A model generated the notes under the pieces. The model made no database searches. It worked only from the letters and a program-made list of their open reading frames with translations, and was not told the origin of the DNA. Below, piece after piece: positions 48,292-58,752 of a stretch of DNA of 64,000 bases. The stretch lies in assembly GCA_038204425.1 (NCBI GenBank), contig JBBRCZ010000006.1:1-64000 (forward strand). The letters are read 5' to 3'. The first letter of the stretch is position 1; the number at the start of each line of letters is the position of its first letter. A program made the position numbers and the translations under genes. This DNA comes from Spirochaetia bacterium. Its GTDB lineage: Bacteria > Spirochaetota > Spirochaetia > DSM-27196 > Salinispiraceae.

Positions 48292-49292
48292 ACAAAGTAC
48301 TAATAATTGCCGAAGCTGGTGTAAACCACAATGGTGATATGGACATGGCCTGCAGTCTAATTGAAAAAGCCAAATGGGCAGGTGCCGATATTGTTAAGTT
48401 CCAAACTTTTAAAACCGAACTTTTGGTGACGGCCGATGCCAAAAAGGCTGATTATCAGTCAAGAGAGACGGGCAGCAATGAGAGTCAGTTTTTGATGCTT
48501 AAGAAACTTGAGCTCAACCCTGCAGCCCACCAGACACTACTTGAGCACTGTGCCAAGACAGGGATTCAATTTATGTCGACTGCCTTTGATCACGATAGCA
48601 TCGACTTGCTCGCGAGCTTTCAAATGCCCTTTTGGAAGATACCATCCGGAGAACTTACCAATATTCCCTACCTTCGACGCATCGCTTCCTTAGGTAAAAA
48701 GCTTATTCTGTCGACGGGAATGGCCGTCCTGGGAGAAGTGGAGCAAGCTCTGGATGTGCTAATGCAGGCAGGCGCTTCTCGTGACGACATTACAGTCTTA
48801 CATTGTACTACCGAGTATCCTACGCCTTGGGACCAGGTTAACCTACGAGCTATGTTGACCATACGCGAAGCTTTTAAAGTGGCTGTTGGCTATTCGGATC
48901 ATACAGCTGGCGTTGAGGTGGCAATAGCTGCCGTCGCTATGGGCGCAACAGTTATTGAAAAACATTTTACCCTCGACAAAAATCTAGCCGGCCCCGATCA
49001 CAAGGCTTCACTCGAACCCCAAGAACTTAAGGCCATGGTGGACAGCATTCGACACATCGAAATAGCGCTCGGTGATGGTGTCAAAAAGCCGACCGAATCA
49101 GAGCTAAAAAACAAGATTGTTGCTCGCAAGAGCATTGTTGCTGCCAAAAAAATAGAGAAAGGGCAGGTTTTTTTGGAAGGCTCATTGGCGTTAAAACGGC
49201 CAGGTAGCGGCTTGCCTGCCAGCTTTCTGGAACACTTATTGGGCAAACCTGCCCGTCGTGACTATGCAATTGACGAGTGTATTGAGCTCTAA
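48288..49292 (+). CDS. neuB: Nonulosonic (legionaminic) acid synthase, NeuB/LegI
   Basis: IAEAGVNHNG, VKFQT, KIPSGE, LSTGM, GYSDHT, EKHFTLD, KRPG. Confidence 0.93.
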   Translation: MNKVLIIAEAGVNHNGDMDMACSLIEKAKWAGADIVKFQTFKTELLVTADAKKADYQSRETGSNESQFLMLKKLELNPAAHQTLLEHCAKTGIQFMSTAFDHDSIDLLASFQMPFWKIPSGELTNIPYLRRIASLGKKLILSTGMAVLGEVEQALDVLMQAGASRDDITVLHCTTEYPTPWDQVNLRAMLTIREAFKVAVGYSDHTAGVEVAIAAVAMGATVIEKHFTLDKNLAGPDHKASLEPQELKAMVDSIRHIEIALGDGVKKPTESELKNKIVARKSIVAAKKIEKGQVFLEGSLALKRPGSGLPASFLEHLLGKPARRDYAIDECIEL

Positions 49293-50450
49293 ATGAAAAA
49301 AATTGGTGTTTTTACTGGTACCCGTGCCGAATATGGCCTGCTAAAGCCGTTGATAAAGGAAATTGCGCTCGACCGAGACAATTTTGATGGGGTGGTGATT
49401 GCAAGCGGAACGCACCTATCTCCCGAGTTTGGAAAAACCATTGACCAGATTGATGACCTGTTGCCGGTTGAAGCCATAGAGACACTGCTAAGCTCCGACA
49501 CCAGTGTGGGTGTGGCTAAATCTTTTGGCTTGGGTGTTTTGGGCTACACCGAGGTCTTGGCTAGGATCAAGCCGGATTGCTTGCTAATAGTCGGTGATCG
49601 TTATGAGGCACTTGCGTGTGCAATTACAGCGGTTATGCTTGGGATACCAATAGCTCACGTGCATGGCGGTGAAATTTCAGAAGGTTCCTATGATGAATAC
49701 TATAGACACGCAATCACTAAGCTAAGTCGCCTCCATTTTACATCTACCGAACAATATCGACAACGCGTTATACAAATGGGGGAGCAGCCAAGTACCGTGT
49801 TTAATGTGGGTGCAATAGGTCTGGATAATGTTAGATTGGCCAACTATCTTGATAGGCCTGCCCTTGAAATGAGTCTTGGAATCAAACTGGCCAAGCGGGT
49901 GCTTTTGATTACCTATCATCCAGAGCACACGGTAGGCACCAGCGATCTGAGGACAAAATTTTTGCGCTTTTTGTCGGGGCTTGTCCAGGCAAGTGACGCC
50001 CAGCTTATTTTTACCAAGGCAAATGCCGATGCCAACGGTCGCATGATTAACCAGATGATTGACGAGTTTGTGGCAAAAAATAGTGACAGGGCTGTTTTGT
50101 TTGATTCGCTCGGTTTGCAACGATATTTTTCCCTGCTACGGTTTGTTGAAGTTGTAATAGGCAACTCTTCCAGTGGTCTTATAGAAGTGCCCTCTTTTGG
50201 AATTCCAAGCATTAACGTAGGACGCAGGCAAGATGGTCGCTTTAAAGGGCTAAGTATCATAGATTGTGAAGAAGAAGATATTGAAAAAGCGATTGAAAAG
50301 TCTAACGATCCTCAGTTTAGAACCGCTATAAGGCAGCTCACTAATCCTTACGGAACGGGAGACGCTTCCAAGCAAATCGCAAAGGAGCTTAGAACCTTTG
50401 CGTGCCCGACAAGTATCAAAAAGTTTTACGATCTGGAAGTAACACTATGA
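49293..50450 (+). CDS. neuC: Hydrolysing NDP-sugar 2-epimerase, NeuC/LegG
   Basis: TGTRAEYGLL, GDRYE, HVHGGE, RHAITKLS, GNSSSG, RQDGR, NPYG.G. Confidence 0.93.
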   Translation: MKKIGVFTGTRAEYGLLKPLIKEIALDRDNFDGVVIASGTHLSPEFGKTIDQIDDLLPVEAIETLLSSDTSVGVAKSFGLGVLGYTEVLARIKPDCLLIVGDRYEALACAITAVMLGIPIAHVHGGEISEGSYDEYYRHAITKLSRLHFTSTEQYRQRVIQMGEQPSTVFNVGAIGLDNVRLANYLDRPALEMSLGIKLAKRVLLITYHPEHTVGTSDLRTKFLRFLSGLVQASDAQLIFTKANADANGRMINQMIDEFVAKNSDRAVLFDSLGLQRYFSLLRFVEVVIGNSSSGLIEVPSFGIPSINVGRRQDGRFKGLSIIDCEEEDIEKAIEKSNDPQFRTAIRQLTNPYGTGDASKQIAKELRTFACPTSIKKFYDLEVTL

Positions 50451-51526
50451 AGAATATAGAATCAAACCTTGCGCTCTTGATTGGCCCCACAGCCACAATC
50501 AGGGAAGCCTTAAAGCAGATAGATATCAATCAAGAAGGTGCGCTTTTTGTCGTTGACGAAAGACGATTTTTGCTTGGGGTATTAACGGATGGTGATATAC
50601 GAAGAGCAATAATTCGCGGCAAGCAACTGACGGAAACCATAAATACGCTTTACAATACGCAACCCTATTCGGTGCTAAAGAAAGAATTTGACCTTGCAGT
50701 CATTCGCAAGGTTTTGGTTGAGAAAAGATATGATGTGATTCCTATCTTAGAAATTGATGGTGTGATAATCGGCTATGAAACGTGGGCCGAACTACTAGGG
50801 GGTGATGAAAATCAGAGCCATGAGCGGGTTATTGAGGTGCCCGTTGTAATTATGGCAGGTGGCAAAGGCACCCGCATGGCTCCCTTTACCACGGTATTGC
50901 CAAAGCCCTTAATTCCCATTGGTGAAAAAACAATTCTTGAACTGATAATTGATCAGTTTGGTCGTTTTGGGGTCAAAGATTACTACATAACGATCAACTA
51001 TCGCGGTGAAATGATAAAAGCTTACTTTGATTGTATAGAACGAGACTATTCGATTGAATACATTAAGGAAAGCGATTTTTTTGGTACCGCCGGTAGCCTC
51101 AAATTGCTTCCCCAGAACCTGGGCGACACATTCATAGTTTCTAATTGTGATATTATTGTCAAAGCAGATTTTGCGGAGGTCTTAGATTTTCACCGTGCAA
51201 CTAAAGCTGCGCTTACCGTTCTTTCATCGATCCAGCACCATACCGTGCCTTATGGGGTAATCAAATTTGAGCAAGGTGGTCGCGTTCTAGAGATTGAAGA
51301 AAAGCCCGAGTTCTCTTTCTGCATAAACACGGGTGTATACATACTAAATCGTGAATGTCTTTCCTATATTCCAGATGGAAAGGTCTTCCACATGACAGAT
51401 TTGATGGCAGCACTAATGAGTGATGGCAAGCAGGTAGTTACGTATCCAATAAATGAACGAGAATATATTGATATAGGTCAGTGGGAAGAATATCAAAAAG
51501 CAATTATTTTGCTAAAAGGACAGTAG
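50447..51526 (+). CDS. CBS-domain nucleotidyltransferase (PtmE/LegX-like)
   Basis: TDGDIRR (CBS), MAGGKGTR, LPKPL, GTAGSL, EEKP, DIG; ATGA overlap with neuC. Confidence 0.88.
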   Translation: MKNIESNLALLIGPTATIREALKQIDINQEGALFVVDERRFLLGVLTDGDIRRAIIRGKQLTETINTLYNTQPYSVLKKEFDLAVIRKVLVEKRYDVIPILEIDGVIIGYETWAELLGGDENQSHERVIEVPVVIMAGGKGTRMAPFTTVLPKPLIPIGEKTILELIIDQFGRFGVKDYYITINYRGEMIKAYFDCIERDYSIEYIKESDFFGTAGSLKLLPQNLGDTFIVSNCDIIVKADFAEVLDFHRATKAALTVLSSIQHHTVPYGVIKFEQGGRVLEIEEKPEFSFCINTGVYILNRECLSYIPDGKVFHMTDLMAALMSDGKQVVTYPINEREYIDIGQWEEYQKAIILLKGQ

Positions 51527-51530
51527 CGGA

Positions 51531-52382
51531 ATGTACCATAGAATTATCGCGAAACTTGACATAAAGGGCCCCAATTTGGTCAAAGGGATCCACCTGGAAG
51601 GTTTGAGAGTTCTCGGAAAGCCGGAAACTTTTGCTAGGTACTATTATGAACAAGGTGCCGACGAACTCATGTACATGGATGTTGTAGCTAGTCTCTACAA
51701 CCGCAATAGCATTCATGAGCTTATTTCCAGAACTGCCAAAGAGGTCTTTATACCTCTGACAGTAGGGGGAGGTCTTCGAAGTATCGATGATATTCGATCG
51801 GTTCTTCGAGCTGGGGCAGACAAGGTTTCACTCAATACGGCCGCGATTAAAGACCCGCAACTTATTCGTCAGGCCGCAAGGTACTTTGGATCCTCAACTA
51901 TTGTGGCAACCATCGAAGCTATCAAGCAGCCGAATGGGCAATACTTTGCGTTTATTGACAATGGACGTGAAGAGACAGGAATAGAAGTTGCGGAATGGGC
52001 ACAGCGTGTAACCGAGTTAGGTGCCGGCGAGATTGTTCTGACCTCGGTTGACCGTGAAGGCACAGGAGAAGGATTCGATATCGAATTGACAAAAAAAATA
52101 AGCGACTTGGTCGGGATCCCAGTCATCGCTTGCGGTGGAGCCGGTAAGCCAGTTCATGTGCGAGATGTGCTTCAAAATGGGCACGCAGATGCAGTAGCAA
52201 TAGCTTCTATGTTTCACTATGATTTTGTTCACCGACAGAATGATCAGGGGCACCATGAGAGCGAGGGCAACAATGAATTTCTTAAGAACAAGCGTCGGTC
52301 CGGCAAGATTGATGCAACTGGTTTGTCTGAGTTGAAAGCCTATCTAAAATCTGAAAAAATACCTTGCAGGACAACAGAATGA
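51531..52382 (+). CDS. HisF-like cyclase paralog for sugar amidination (WbuZ-type)
   Basis: [32 protein letters not shown]; inside the polysaccharide locus next to a WbuX homolog. Confidence 0.85.
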   Translation: MYHRIIAKLDIKGPNLVKGIHLEGLRVLGKPETFARYYYEQGADELMYMDVVASLYNRNSIHELISRTAKEVFIPLTVGGGLRSIDDIRSVLRAGADKVSLNTAAIKDPQLIRQAARYFGSSTIVATIEAIKQPNGQYFAFIDNGREETGIEVAEWAQRVTELGAGEIVLTSVDREGTGEGFDIELTKKISDLVGIPVIACGGAGKPVHVRDVLQNGHADAVAIASMFHYDFVHRQNDQGHHESEGNNEFLKNKRRSGKIDATGLSELKAYLKSEKIPCRTTE

Positions 52383-53035
52383 AGAGCTACAAAATAGCAA
52401 TTGTCGATTATGAGATGTGCAACCTATTTAGTGTTAGTCACGCTTGCGAATTTGCAGGTGTGCAAGCAATAATAACCCGCGATCCCAAAACAATAATGCA
52501 ATCTGACGGAGTTATTCTGCCAGGCGTTGGCGCCTTTGGTGATGCAATGAAAAATCTTAAAAAACATGGCCTTATTCAGGTAGTAAAAGATGTTGTTCAA
52601 TCTGGGAAGCCGTTTATGGGGATCTGCTTGGGATTACAACTATTGTTTAGTGGAAGCGAGGAATTCGGAGACCACGAGGGACTTGGCATCATCCCGGGCA
52701 TCGTAAAAAAGTTCCCGGAATCCGCGAATGGCAAGAGAGTAAAAGTGCCTCAAATTGGATGGAACAGAATAAAAAAACAAAAGGACCACGCTGTGCTTAG
52801 CGATGTACCTGATGGTGCTTTTATGTATTTCGTGCACTCGTTTTACGTTGAACCTGAAGAACGTGAATCGGTATTGACAAGTACTGAATATGAAGGGCTC
52901 GACTATTGTTCGAGCATTCAAAAAAATAATACGATTGCGTTCCAGTTTCACCCAGAAAAAAGTGCCGGAATAGGACTCGGAATCTATACATCATGGAAGA
53001 ACATTATTGAAAAAAACAACGAAGGGAAGCAATAG
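52379..53035 (+). CDS. HisH-like glutamine amidotransferase paralog (WbuY-type)
   Basis: LPGVGAF, GICLG, YFVHS, QFHPEKS; ATGA overlap. Confidence 0.88.
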   Translation: MKSYKIAIVDYEMCNLFSVSHACEFAGVQAIITRDPKTIMQSDGVILPGVGAFGDAMKNLKKHGLIQVVKDVVQSGKPFMGICLGLQLLFSGSEEFGDHEGLGIIPGIVKKFPESANGKRVKVPQIGWNRIKKQKDHAVLSDVPDGAFMYFVHSFYVEPEERESVLTSTEYEGLDYCSSIQKNNTIAFQFHPEKSAGIGLGIYTSWKNIIEKNNEGKQ

Positions 53036-53038
53036 AAT

Positions 53039-54262
53039 ATGAAGGATCTTCAAGTTAAATACGGGTTACCAGCAGAGGTTAAGTTTTGTGTACGTTGTGT
53101 GATGTCCAATCAGCGGCCGGCCTCAACGGCTGAGTTTAAGCACAACAAAGACAGTAAAAAGATTACCTTGAATATTGATTCAGAGGGAGTTTGTGACGCA
53201 TGCAGGCATGCCGAAGAGAAACAGCTTATAGATTGGAAGAAGCGAGAAGATGAGTTACTGCGCTTACTCGATAAGCATCGAAAAAATGACGGATCATACG
53301 ATTGTCTTGTTCCAGGTAGTGGAGGAAAAGACTCAGCGTACCAGTCACATGTTTTGAAGTATAAATACGGCATGCACCCGTTAACCGTAACGTGGCCGCC
53401 AATACTGTATACTGACTATGGCTTAAAAAACTTTAGGAATTGGATTGATGTAGGTGGTTTTGACAATCTGTCCTTCAATAGGAATGGTAAAGTAATGAAG
53501 CTTTTGACAAAGCTGTCAATTGAAAATTTGATGCATCCATTTCAGACTTTTATACTCGGCCAGAAGAATTTGGCGCCGAAGTTGGCTTTGAAGTTTAACA
53601 TTCCCTTGATTTTTTACGGCGAAAATGAAGCTGAATATGGAAATCCTTTGGCAGACAACACCTCTTCACTGCGAGACAAGTCGTATTTTGCCATGAACAA
53701 TCTGGATGAAATCTATTTAGGCGGTGTCTCAATCCGTGAGTTGAGGGAGAAATTCTCCGTTGACCTTGTCGATCTCATGTCGTTCCTGCCACCTCCTATT
53801 GAAGAAATAGAGAAAAGCAATATTGAAGTTCATTATTTAGGCTATTATCTTAAGTGGACTCCTCAGGAAGTATATTATTATGCTGTAGAAAATACAGGGT
53901 TTAAAGCTCGTCCATTCAGAACACAAGGTACTTATTCAAAATATAATAGCATAGACGACAAGATTGACGATCTACACTATTACACTACGTTCATTAAGTT
54001 TGGCATTGGAAGAGCGACATACGACGCATCGCAGGAGATCAGGAATGCTCACTTGACTCGTGAAGAAGGCGTGGCACTGGTCCAGAAATTTGACGGGGAG
54101 TTTCCTGATCGATATTTTGATGAAGTTATGGAACACATTGAACTAAAACCTGAACGATTTCATGAGCTTTGTGATCAATTCCGGTCTCCGCACCTCTGGG
54201 AAAAGTCGAATGGAGAGTGGAAGTTGCGACACAACGTTGGAAAAACGGGAACTGCTGATTGA
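53039..54262 (+). CDS. N-acetyl sugar amidotransferase (WbuX/PseA/PtmG family)
   Basis: CVRC..RP, GVCDAC, PP-loop SGGKDS, YGEN.AEYG, KFGIGRAT, REEG. Confidence 0.9.
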   Translation: MKDLQVKYGLPAEVKFCVRCVMSNQRPASTAEFKHNKDSKKITLNIDSEGVCDACRHAEEKQLIDWKKREDELLRLLDKHRKNDGSYDCLVPGSGGKDSAYQSHVLKYKYGMHPLTVTWPPILYTDYGLKNFRNWIDVGGFDNLSFNRNGKVMKLLTKLSIENLMHPFQTFILGQKNLAPKLALKFNIPLIFYGENEAEYGNPLADNTSSLRDKSYFAMNNLDEIYLGGVSIRELREKFSVDLVDLMSFLPPPIEEIEKSNIEVHYLGYYLKWTPQEVYYYAVENTGFKARPFRTQGTYSKYNSIDDKIDDLHYYTTFIKFGIGRATYDASQEIRNAHLTREEGVALVQKFDGEFPDRYFDEVMEHIELKPERFHELCDQFRSPHLWEKSNGEWKLRHNVGKTGTAD

Positions 54263-54284
54263 TAAACCGCGGGCCTTTAAATAG

Positions 54285-55214
54285 ATGAATATTCTCATCA
54301 TTGGATTTGGATCTATAGGGAGGCGTCATTGGGAGGTCTTGGGCGAGCTCTACCCACAGTCAACCATGTCTGTAGTAAGCCGTCAATCTCTGAACCTTGA
54401 TAATGTTTATCCTGATCTTGCCACGGTTCCAGACATTGCGGCATATGATTATTACGTCATCGCAACAGAAACATCTTTGCACTATGAGCATTTGAAGTAT
54501 TTGTCGGATCGAGTAAGAGGAAAAAAAATACTGGTCGAGAAGCCTCTGTTTGATCAGATTCGCGACTTTAATGAAGGTGAGAATAGAATTTTCGTTGGCT
54601 ACAATCTACGTTTTCATCCATTGATTGCAGCATTGCGGAATGAAATTCAGCATAAAAAAGTTTTGGCAGTTCAAATTGTTGCGGGACAGTATTTGCCATC
54701 ATGGCGTCCTCAAGAAGACTATAGACTGTCTTACAGTGCGTCAAAATCTCGGGGTGGTGGGGTTCTAAGGGACTTGAGTCACGAAATCGATTACGTCCAG
54801 TGGATCTTTGGATCCTTGCTTGTGGAGAATGCCTTTTGCGGAAAAATATCGGATTTGGAGATTTCATCAGATGACTACGCAGTGGTCGTTGGCAGATCTG
54901 AATTGGGCGCAATTGTTACAATAACAGCTGATTACTTGTGCCGTAAACCGCAAAGAACTGTCACAGTTATCGGAAGTGAATCAACTTACTACCTGGATAT
55001 TATTGAAGGCCAACTAGAAATTGTCGCAGAGGCTGGAGTCAGGAAGATGGTAACTCCAGACGGTTTTTCAAGAAACTATACTTATAGGCGAATGCATATG
55101 GAAATTATACAAGGCGATATTGAGAATGCATGTACATTGGACCAAGCAAGGCAGGTCATGTTTGTTATCGCAGAGGTTGAAAGAGCGCATAGAGAAGGGT
55201 GGAGCAATAAATGA
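54285..55214 (+). CDS. Gfo/Idh/MocA oxidoreductase (PtmF-like)
   Basis: IGFGSIGRRH, VEKP, YNLRFHP, YLPSWRP..DYR..YSA, GGGVLRDLSHEIDY. Confidence 0.88.
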   Translation: MNILIIGFGSIGRRHWEVLGELYPQSTMSVVSRQSLNLDNVYPDLATVPDIAAYDYYVIATETSLHYEHLKYLSDRVRGKKILVEKPLFDQIRDFNEGENRIFVGYNLRFHPLIAALRNEIQHKKVLAVQIVAGQYLPSWRPQEDYRLSYSASKSRGGGVLRDLSHEIDYVQWIFGSLLVENAFCGKISDLEISSDDYAVVVGRSELGAIVTITADYLCRKPQRTVTVIGSESTYYLDIIEGQLEIVAEAGVRKMVTPDGFSRNYTYRRMHMEIIQGDIENACTLDQARQVMFVIAEVERAHREGWSNK

Positions 55215-55930
55215 GTGATATTCTTTGTACTATTTGCGCACGGGGTGGCTCAAAGGGCGTGAAAAATAAAAATATTCGGATCTTGGCTGGTAAACCGTTG
55301 ATCGCCTACACGATAGAGGCTGCGAAGGCCGCGAACATTTTTGATCACATTGTTGTAAGTACCGATTCAGACTTAATTTCTGAAGTGGCCCAAGAGTACG
55401 GCGCGGAGATTTTTTTTAGAAGACCTCAGGAACTTGCTAGTGATCAATCAGCGAAGGTGCCTGTTGTTCGACATGCGTTGATTCAAAGTGAGCTGCATTA
55501 TGATCGCCAGTTTTCCTATTTGGTGGACTTGGACGCAACCTCTCCATTGCGGTCGGTTGACGATATTAGAGCGGCCATGCATGTTTTTAAGGAAACTGGA
55601 GTCGATAATCTCATTACCGGCATGCCTTCTAGACGTTCCCCTTATTTTAATATGGTTGAACTAAATCACAACGGAAACGTGATTCTTTCTAAGCAAGTGG
55701 ACAGGCCAATCGTGCGGCGACAGGATGCACCTCGTTGTTATGATATGAACGCTTCAATCTATATATGGAAGCGTGAGGTGCTCTTAGCCAAAGATGGCGT
55801 CATCCTAAACAATACAGGCTTCTATGAAATGCCAGAAGAACGTTCTATCGACATAGATAGTGAATTGGATTTCGAGTTTGTAGAGTTTCTCATGGATAGG
55901 AAACTGAAGAAAAATGTTATTACAGAATAA
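55211..55930 (+). CDS. neuA: CMP-nonulosonic acid synthetase (NeuA/LegF/PtmB family)
   Basis: ARGGSKGVKNKN, STD, TSPLR, RRQD, NASIY, SIDID. Confidence 0.92.
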   Translation: MSDILCTICARGGSKGVKNKNIRILAGKPLIAYTIEAAKAANIFDHIVVSTDSDLISEVAQEYGAEIFFRRPQELASDQSAKVPVVRHALIQSELHYDRQFSYLVDLDATSPLRSVDDIRAAMHVFKETGVDNLITGMPSRRSPYFNMVELNHNGNVILSKQVDRPIVRRQDAPRCYDMNASIYIWKREVLLAKDGVILNNTGFYEMPEERSIDIDSELDFEFVEFLMDRKLKKNVITE

Positions 55931-56687
55931 GCTTGTAGTTGTATCGGGAGGGGCAGGTTTACTAGGCCAGAAAATCTGTCGTGGTATTGTTGAGCAAGGT
56001 GGGCGAGTAGTCATTGCCGATTTGGACGGTAGAAGAGCAGAAGTCCTAGTGGATGAACTGGCTAAGCAGGGCTTTGAGAAAAGCGTACACGTCGAGACGG
56101 TGGACATTAGCGATGAAAGCTCCATTAAGAGTTTAATTGATTTAGTGAGTGAAAAGTATGGGAGAATCGACTCGTTTGTAAATGCTGCTTATCCAAGAAA
56201 TAGTCTCTATGGTAAAAAGCTTGAAGAAGTAAGTTACGATAGCTTCTGCGAAAATGTTTCGATGCACTTAGGTGGATATTTTTTGGCTATGAAAGTGTTT
56301 GGCCTGTATTTTCAAGAACTTGGCGTAGGAAACGTAATTAATATTTCCTCAGTTTATGGCTTCGTTGCACCACGATTTGAAATTTATCAAGATACAGCAA
56401 TGACGATGCCAGTCGAATATGCTGCTATAAAGGCTGGTGTTATTCAGTTGACTCGATATATGGTTAAGTATTTCAAGGGTAAGCACATTAGATTCAATTG
56501 CATTTCACCGGGGGGTCTTATTGACAAGCAGCCTGAGGCTTTTTTGGAAAAATACAACGCTTTTGCCCAAAGCAAAGGAATGCTAGATCCAAAAGACATA
56601 CTAGGCTCAGTTTTTTTTCTTCTCTCCGATCTATCAGAATGGATTACAGGGCAGAATATCATAGTTGATGACGGGTGGAGCCTGTAA
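55914..56687 (+). CDS. Short-chain dehydrogenase, PtmA-like
   Basis: SGGAGLLG, NAAYPR, HLGGYF, MPVEYAAIK, ITGQNIIVDDG. Confidence 0.88.
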   Translation: MLLQNKLVVVSGGAGLLGQKICRGIVEQGGRVVIADLDGRRAEVLVDELAKQGFEKSVHVETVDISDESSIKSLIDLVSEKYGRIDSFVNAAYPRNSLYGKKLEEVSYDSFCENVSMHLGGYFLAMKVFGLYFQELGVGNVINISSVYGFVAPRFEIYQDTAMTMPVEYAAIKAGVIQLTRYMVKYFKGKHIRFNCISPGGLIDKQPEAFLEKYNAFAQSKGMLDPKDILGSVFFLLSDLSEWITGQNIIVDDGWSL

Positions 56688-57391
56688 TGTTTGCGGTGGC
56701 AAAATCACTTAGATCTAGGCTTGGATCGTTTGTAAAATGGGTGAACAAACAATTTCTGCGATTTAGAAGCGATCTAATAATCGAAAAGAGATGTATAATT
56801 GATCTAAAAACCAGATTTGAGGGTGGCAATCGCATTGGGGCAGAATCACGTATTTACAAGTCGTATTTTGGTTTTGGAACCTACGTTGGCGCCCGAGCTT
56901 CAATCAATTCCTCAAAAATAGGGAGGTTTTGTTCGATTGGAAATGAACTTAGAATTGTAGCCGGAAAACATCCTTTGGCCACATTCGTTTCTACTCATCC
57001 GGCTTTCTACTCGCTGCAAAAGCAAGCAGGATTCACATATGCAAACGAACAAAAATTTTCCGAGTATGAATTTGCGGACATTGAAGAAAAGTATTGGGTT
57101 GATATTGGCTCTGATGTTTGGATCGGAGACAACGTTCTTATTTTGGCAGGCTGCAGTATAGGTGTTGGAGCAGTTGTCGCAACAGGTGCAGTTGTGACAA
57201 AAAACGTTGAACCATATTCAATAGTGGGTGGGATCCCTGCAAGAGCAATAAAAAGTCGCTTTGATGCTGCGACTGTTGAGTCACTACTAAAAACACAGTG
57301 GTGGAACAAGCCAATCGAATGGATAAAGAAGAAATCAGAAAAAATGGCAAATGTAGAAACCTTTATTAAAGATTTTGAATTGGAATCATAG
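56687..57391 (+). CDS. CatB/Vat-like hexapeptide O-acetyltransferase
   Basis: IGRFCSIG, STHP, IGSDVWIG, VVTKNV.PYSIVGGIPAR, WWN. Confidence 0.85.
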   Translation: MFAVAKSLRSRLGSFVKWVNKQFLRFRSDLIIEKRCIIDLKTRFEGGNRIGAESRIYKSYFGFGTYVGARASINSSKIGRFCSIGNELRIVAGKHPLATFVSTHPAFYSLQKQAGFTYANEQKFSEYEFADIEEKYWVDIGSDVWIGDNVLILAGCSIGVGAVVATGAVVTKNVEPYSIVGGIPARAIKSRFDAATVESLLKTQWWNKPIEWIKKKSEKMANVETFIKDFELES

Positions 57392-57416
57392 TGCTGATCG
57401 GCTATAGGAGATAATA

Positions 57417-58751
57417 ATGGTTGATTTTCTTTTCTCATATCAACATAAAGCCAGAGAAATAGAGGCCCTTTGTTTGATCAAGGTGGAGTTAGAGAGAAGG
57501 GGGTATATCGTTGAATTTGTTTGCACTTTTGACCCAAAAAGAATTGGTTTTGCAAGGAGAGCCAAGCCTGTAGTTACCGTAGCTTCCGCGCTCTATGACG
57601 ATGACTCTCTTTCTTTTTTTGTCTACGATATCGCTGGATTTTGCAATAAAGTTGTCAATTTGCAATGGGAACAAGTGCTTTCAATTGACGAAGAACAGGA
57701 TGTTCACGGATATCACAATCCAAAAGGAAGCGCAAAAGATGCTCTTCACCTGTGTTGGGGTAGGGCTAGTCAAGAGCGCCTAATTAAAAATGGGGTTCCC
57801 GAAAGAAATGCTTTAGTTACGGGCCCCGTGCAAATGGATTTTTTAAATGAAAAAATGCGTGGCTACTTCTACAATAAAGAAGAACTTGCCCACAAATTTC
57901 AGCTAAATCCCCAATGCAAATGGATGATATTTGTATCGAGTTTTACCTTGACAAATATGACACAAGAAGAGTTTGCGGATATTGTTGCAAGCGTGGGGAA
58001 TGAAGCAATTGTCATGAAAAAGGTGGCAATTGATTCCAAAAGAACTATATTGGGCTGGTTCAGGAGTGTGATTCTTGACTTTCCAGAAATGGAGTTTATT
58101 TACAGGCCTCATCCAGATGAGAATGGCGACGTTGAACTTCTCGAATTGGCACAAAACAATGCGAATTTTCATATAATTCCAGACTACTCAGTAAAACAGT
58201 GGGTTATTGCCTGTGACCGGATCTTTACATGGTACAGTACGGCAATTGCTGATGTCTATTTTGCTGGTAAAACGTGTGAGATTTTGAGGCCAATTGAAAT
58301 ACCTTACAAATATGACATGTCAATTTATCAGGGTGGTCGATTTATAGCAAACTATGAGAGTTTTTCTGCGGTTCTTTCACAAGGGTCTACGGATTTTCCC
58401 CTTAAAGAGGATCTTGTAAAACACTATTTCGATGCCTATAGTGATACTTTTTCTTTTTCCAAAGTGTGCGATGTTTTGGAGAAAGTGTATAGTTCTTTGG
58501 ACTATCAGATGAAGATTCCTATCAAACTAAAACTAAGAAACCTACTCTATAGAAACTATAACCGTTTAATCGGATTGCTATCTATCTTGCCGTATAAAAA
58601 GTTGTTTTTCTTTAGCAAGGATATTATGCGGAGAATCGCCCATTTTAAGGGTACTTTAGAGCGAGTCAAAAAAGATAGCCAAAAAAATATCGCTAGTAGT
58701 GAGGAAATTGAAACTATCATAAAAAAATTGAAAAACTGTTTTGGTAGGTAA
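57417..58751 (+). CDS. Surface carbohydrate biosynthesis protein, candidate nonulosonic-acid transferase (GT-B-like)
   Basis: HKAREIE, QWEQ, LCWG, TG...D, YRPHPDE, STA; RBS AGGAG; located between the sugar synthesis genes and wzx. Confidence 0.65.
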   Translation: MVDFLFSYQHKAREIEALCLIKVELERRGYIVEFVCTFDPKRIGFARRAKPVVTVASALYDDDSLSFFVYDIAGFCNKVVNLQWEQVLSIDEEQDVHGYHNPKGSAKDALHLCWGRASQERLIKNGVPERNALVTGPVQMDFLNEKMRGYFYNKEELAHKFQLNPQCKWMIFVSSFTLTNMTQEEFADIVASVGNEAIVMKKVAIDSKRTILGWFRSVILDFPEMEFIYRPHPDENGDVELLELAQNNANFHIIPDYSVKQWVIACDRIFTWYSTAIADVYFAGKTCEILRPIEIPYKYDMSIYQGGRFIANYESFSAVLSQGSTDFPLKEDLVKHYFDAYSDTFSFSKVCDVLEKVYSSLDYQMKIPIKLKLRNLLYRNYNRLIGLLSILPYKKLFFFSKDIMRRIAHFKGTLERVKKDSQKNIASSEEIETIIKKLKNCFGR

Positions 58752-58752
58752 A

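Noticed and set aside
51531..53035. Histidine biosynthesis hisF/hisH
   Set aside because: Embedded in the sugar locus beside a WbuX homolog with no other his genes; these are amidination paralogs.
56687..57391. Chloramphenicol or streptogramin resistance gene
   Set aside because: The fold is shared, but translational coupling inside a polysaccharide operon points to sugar O-acetylation.
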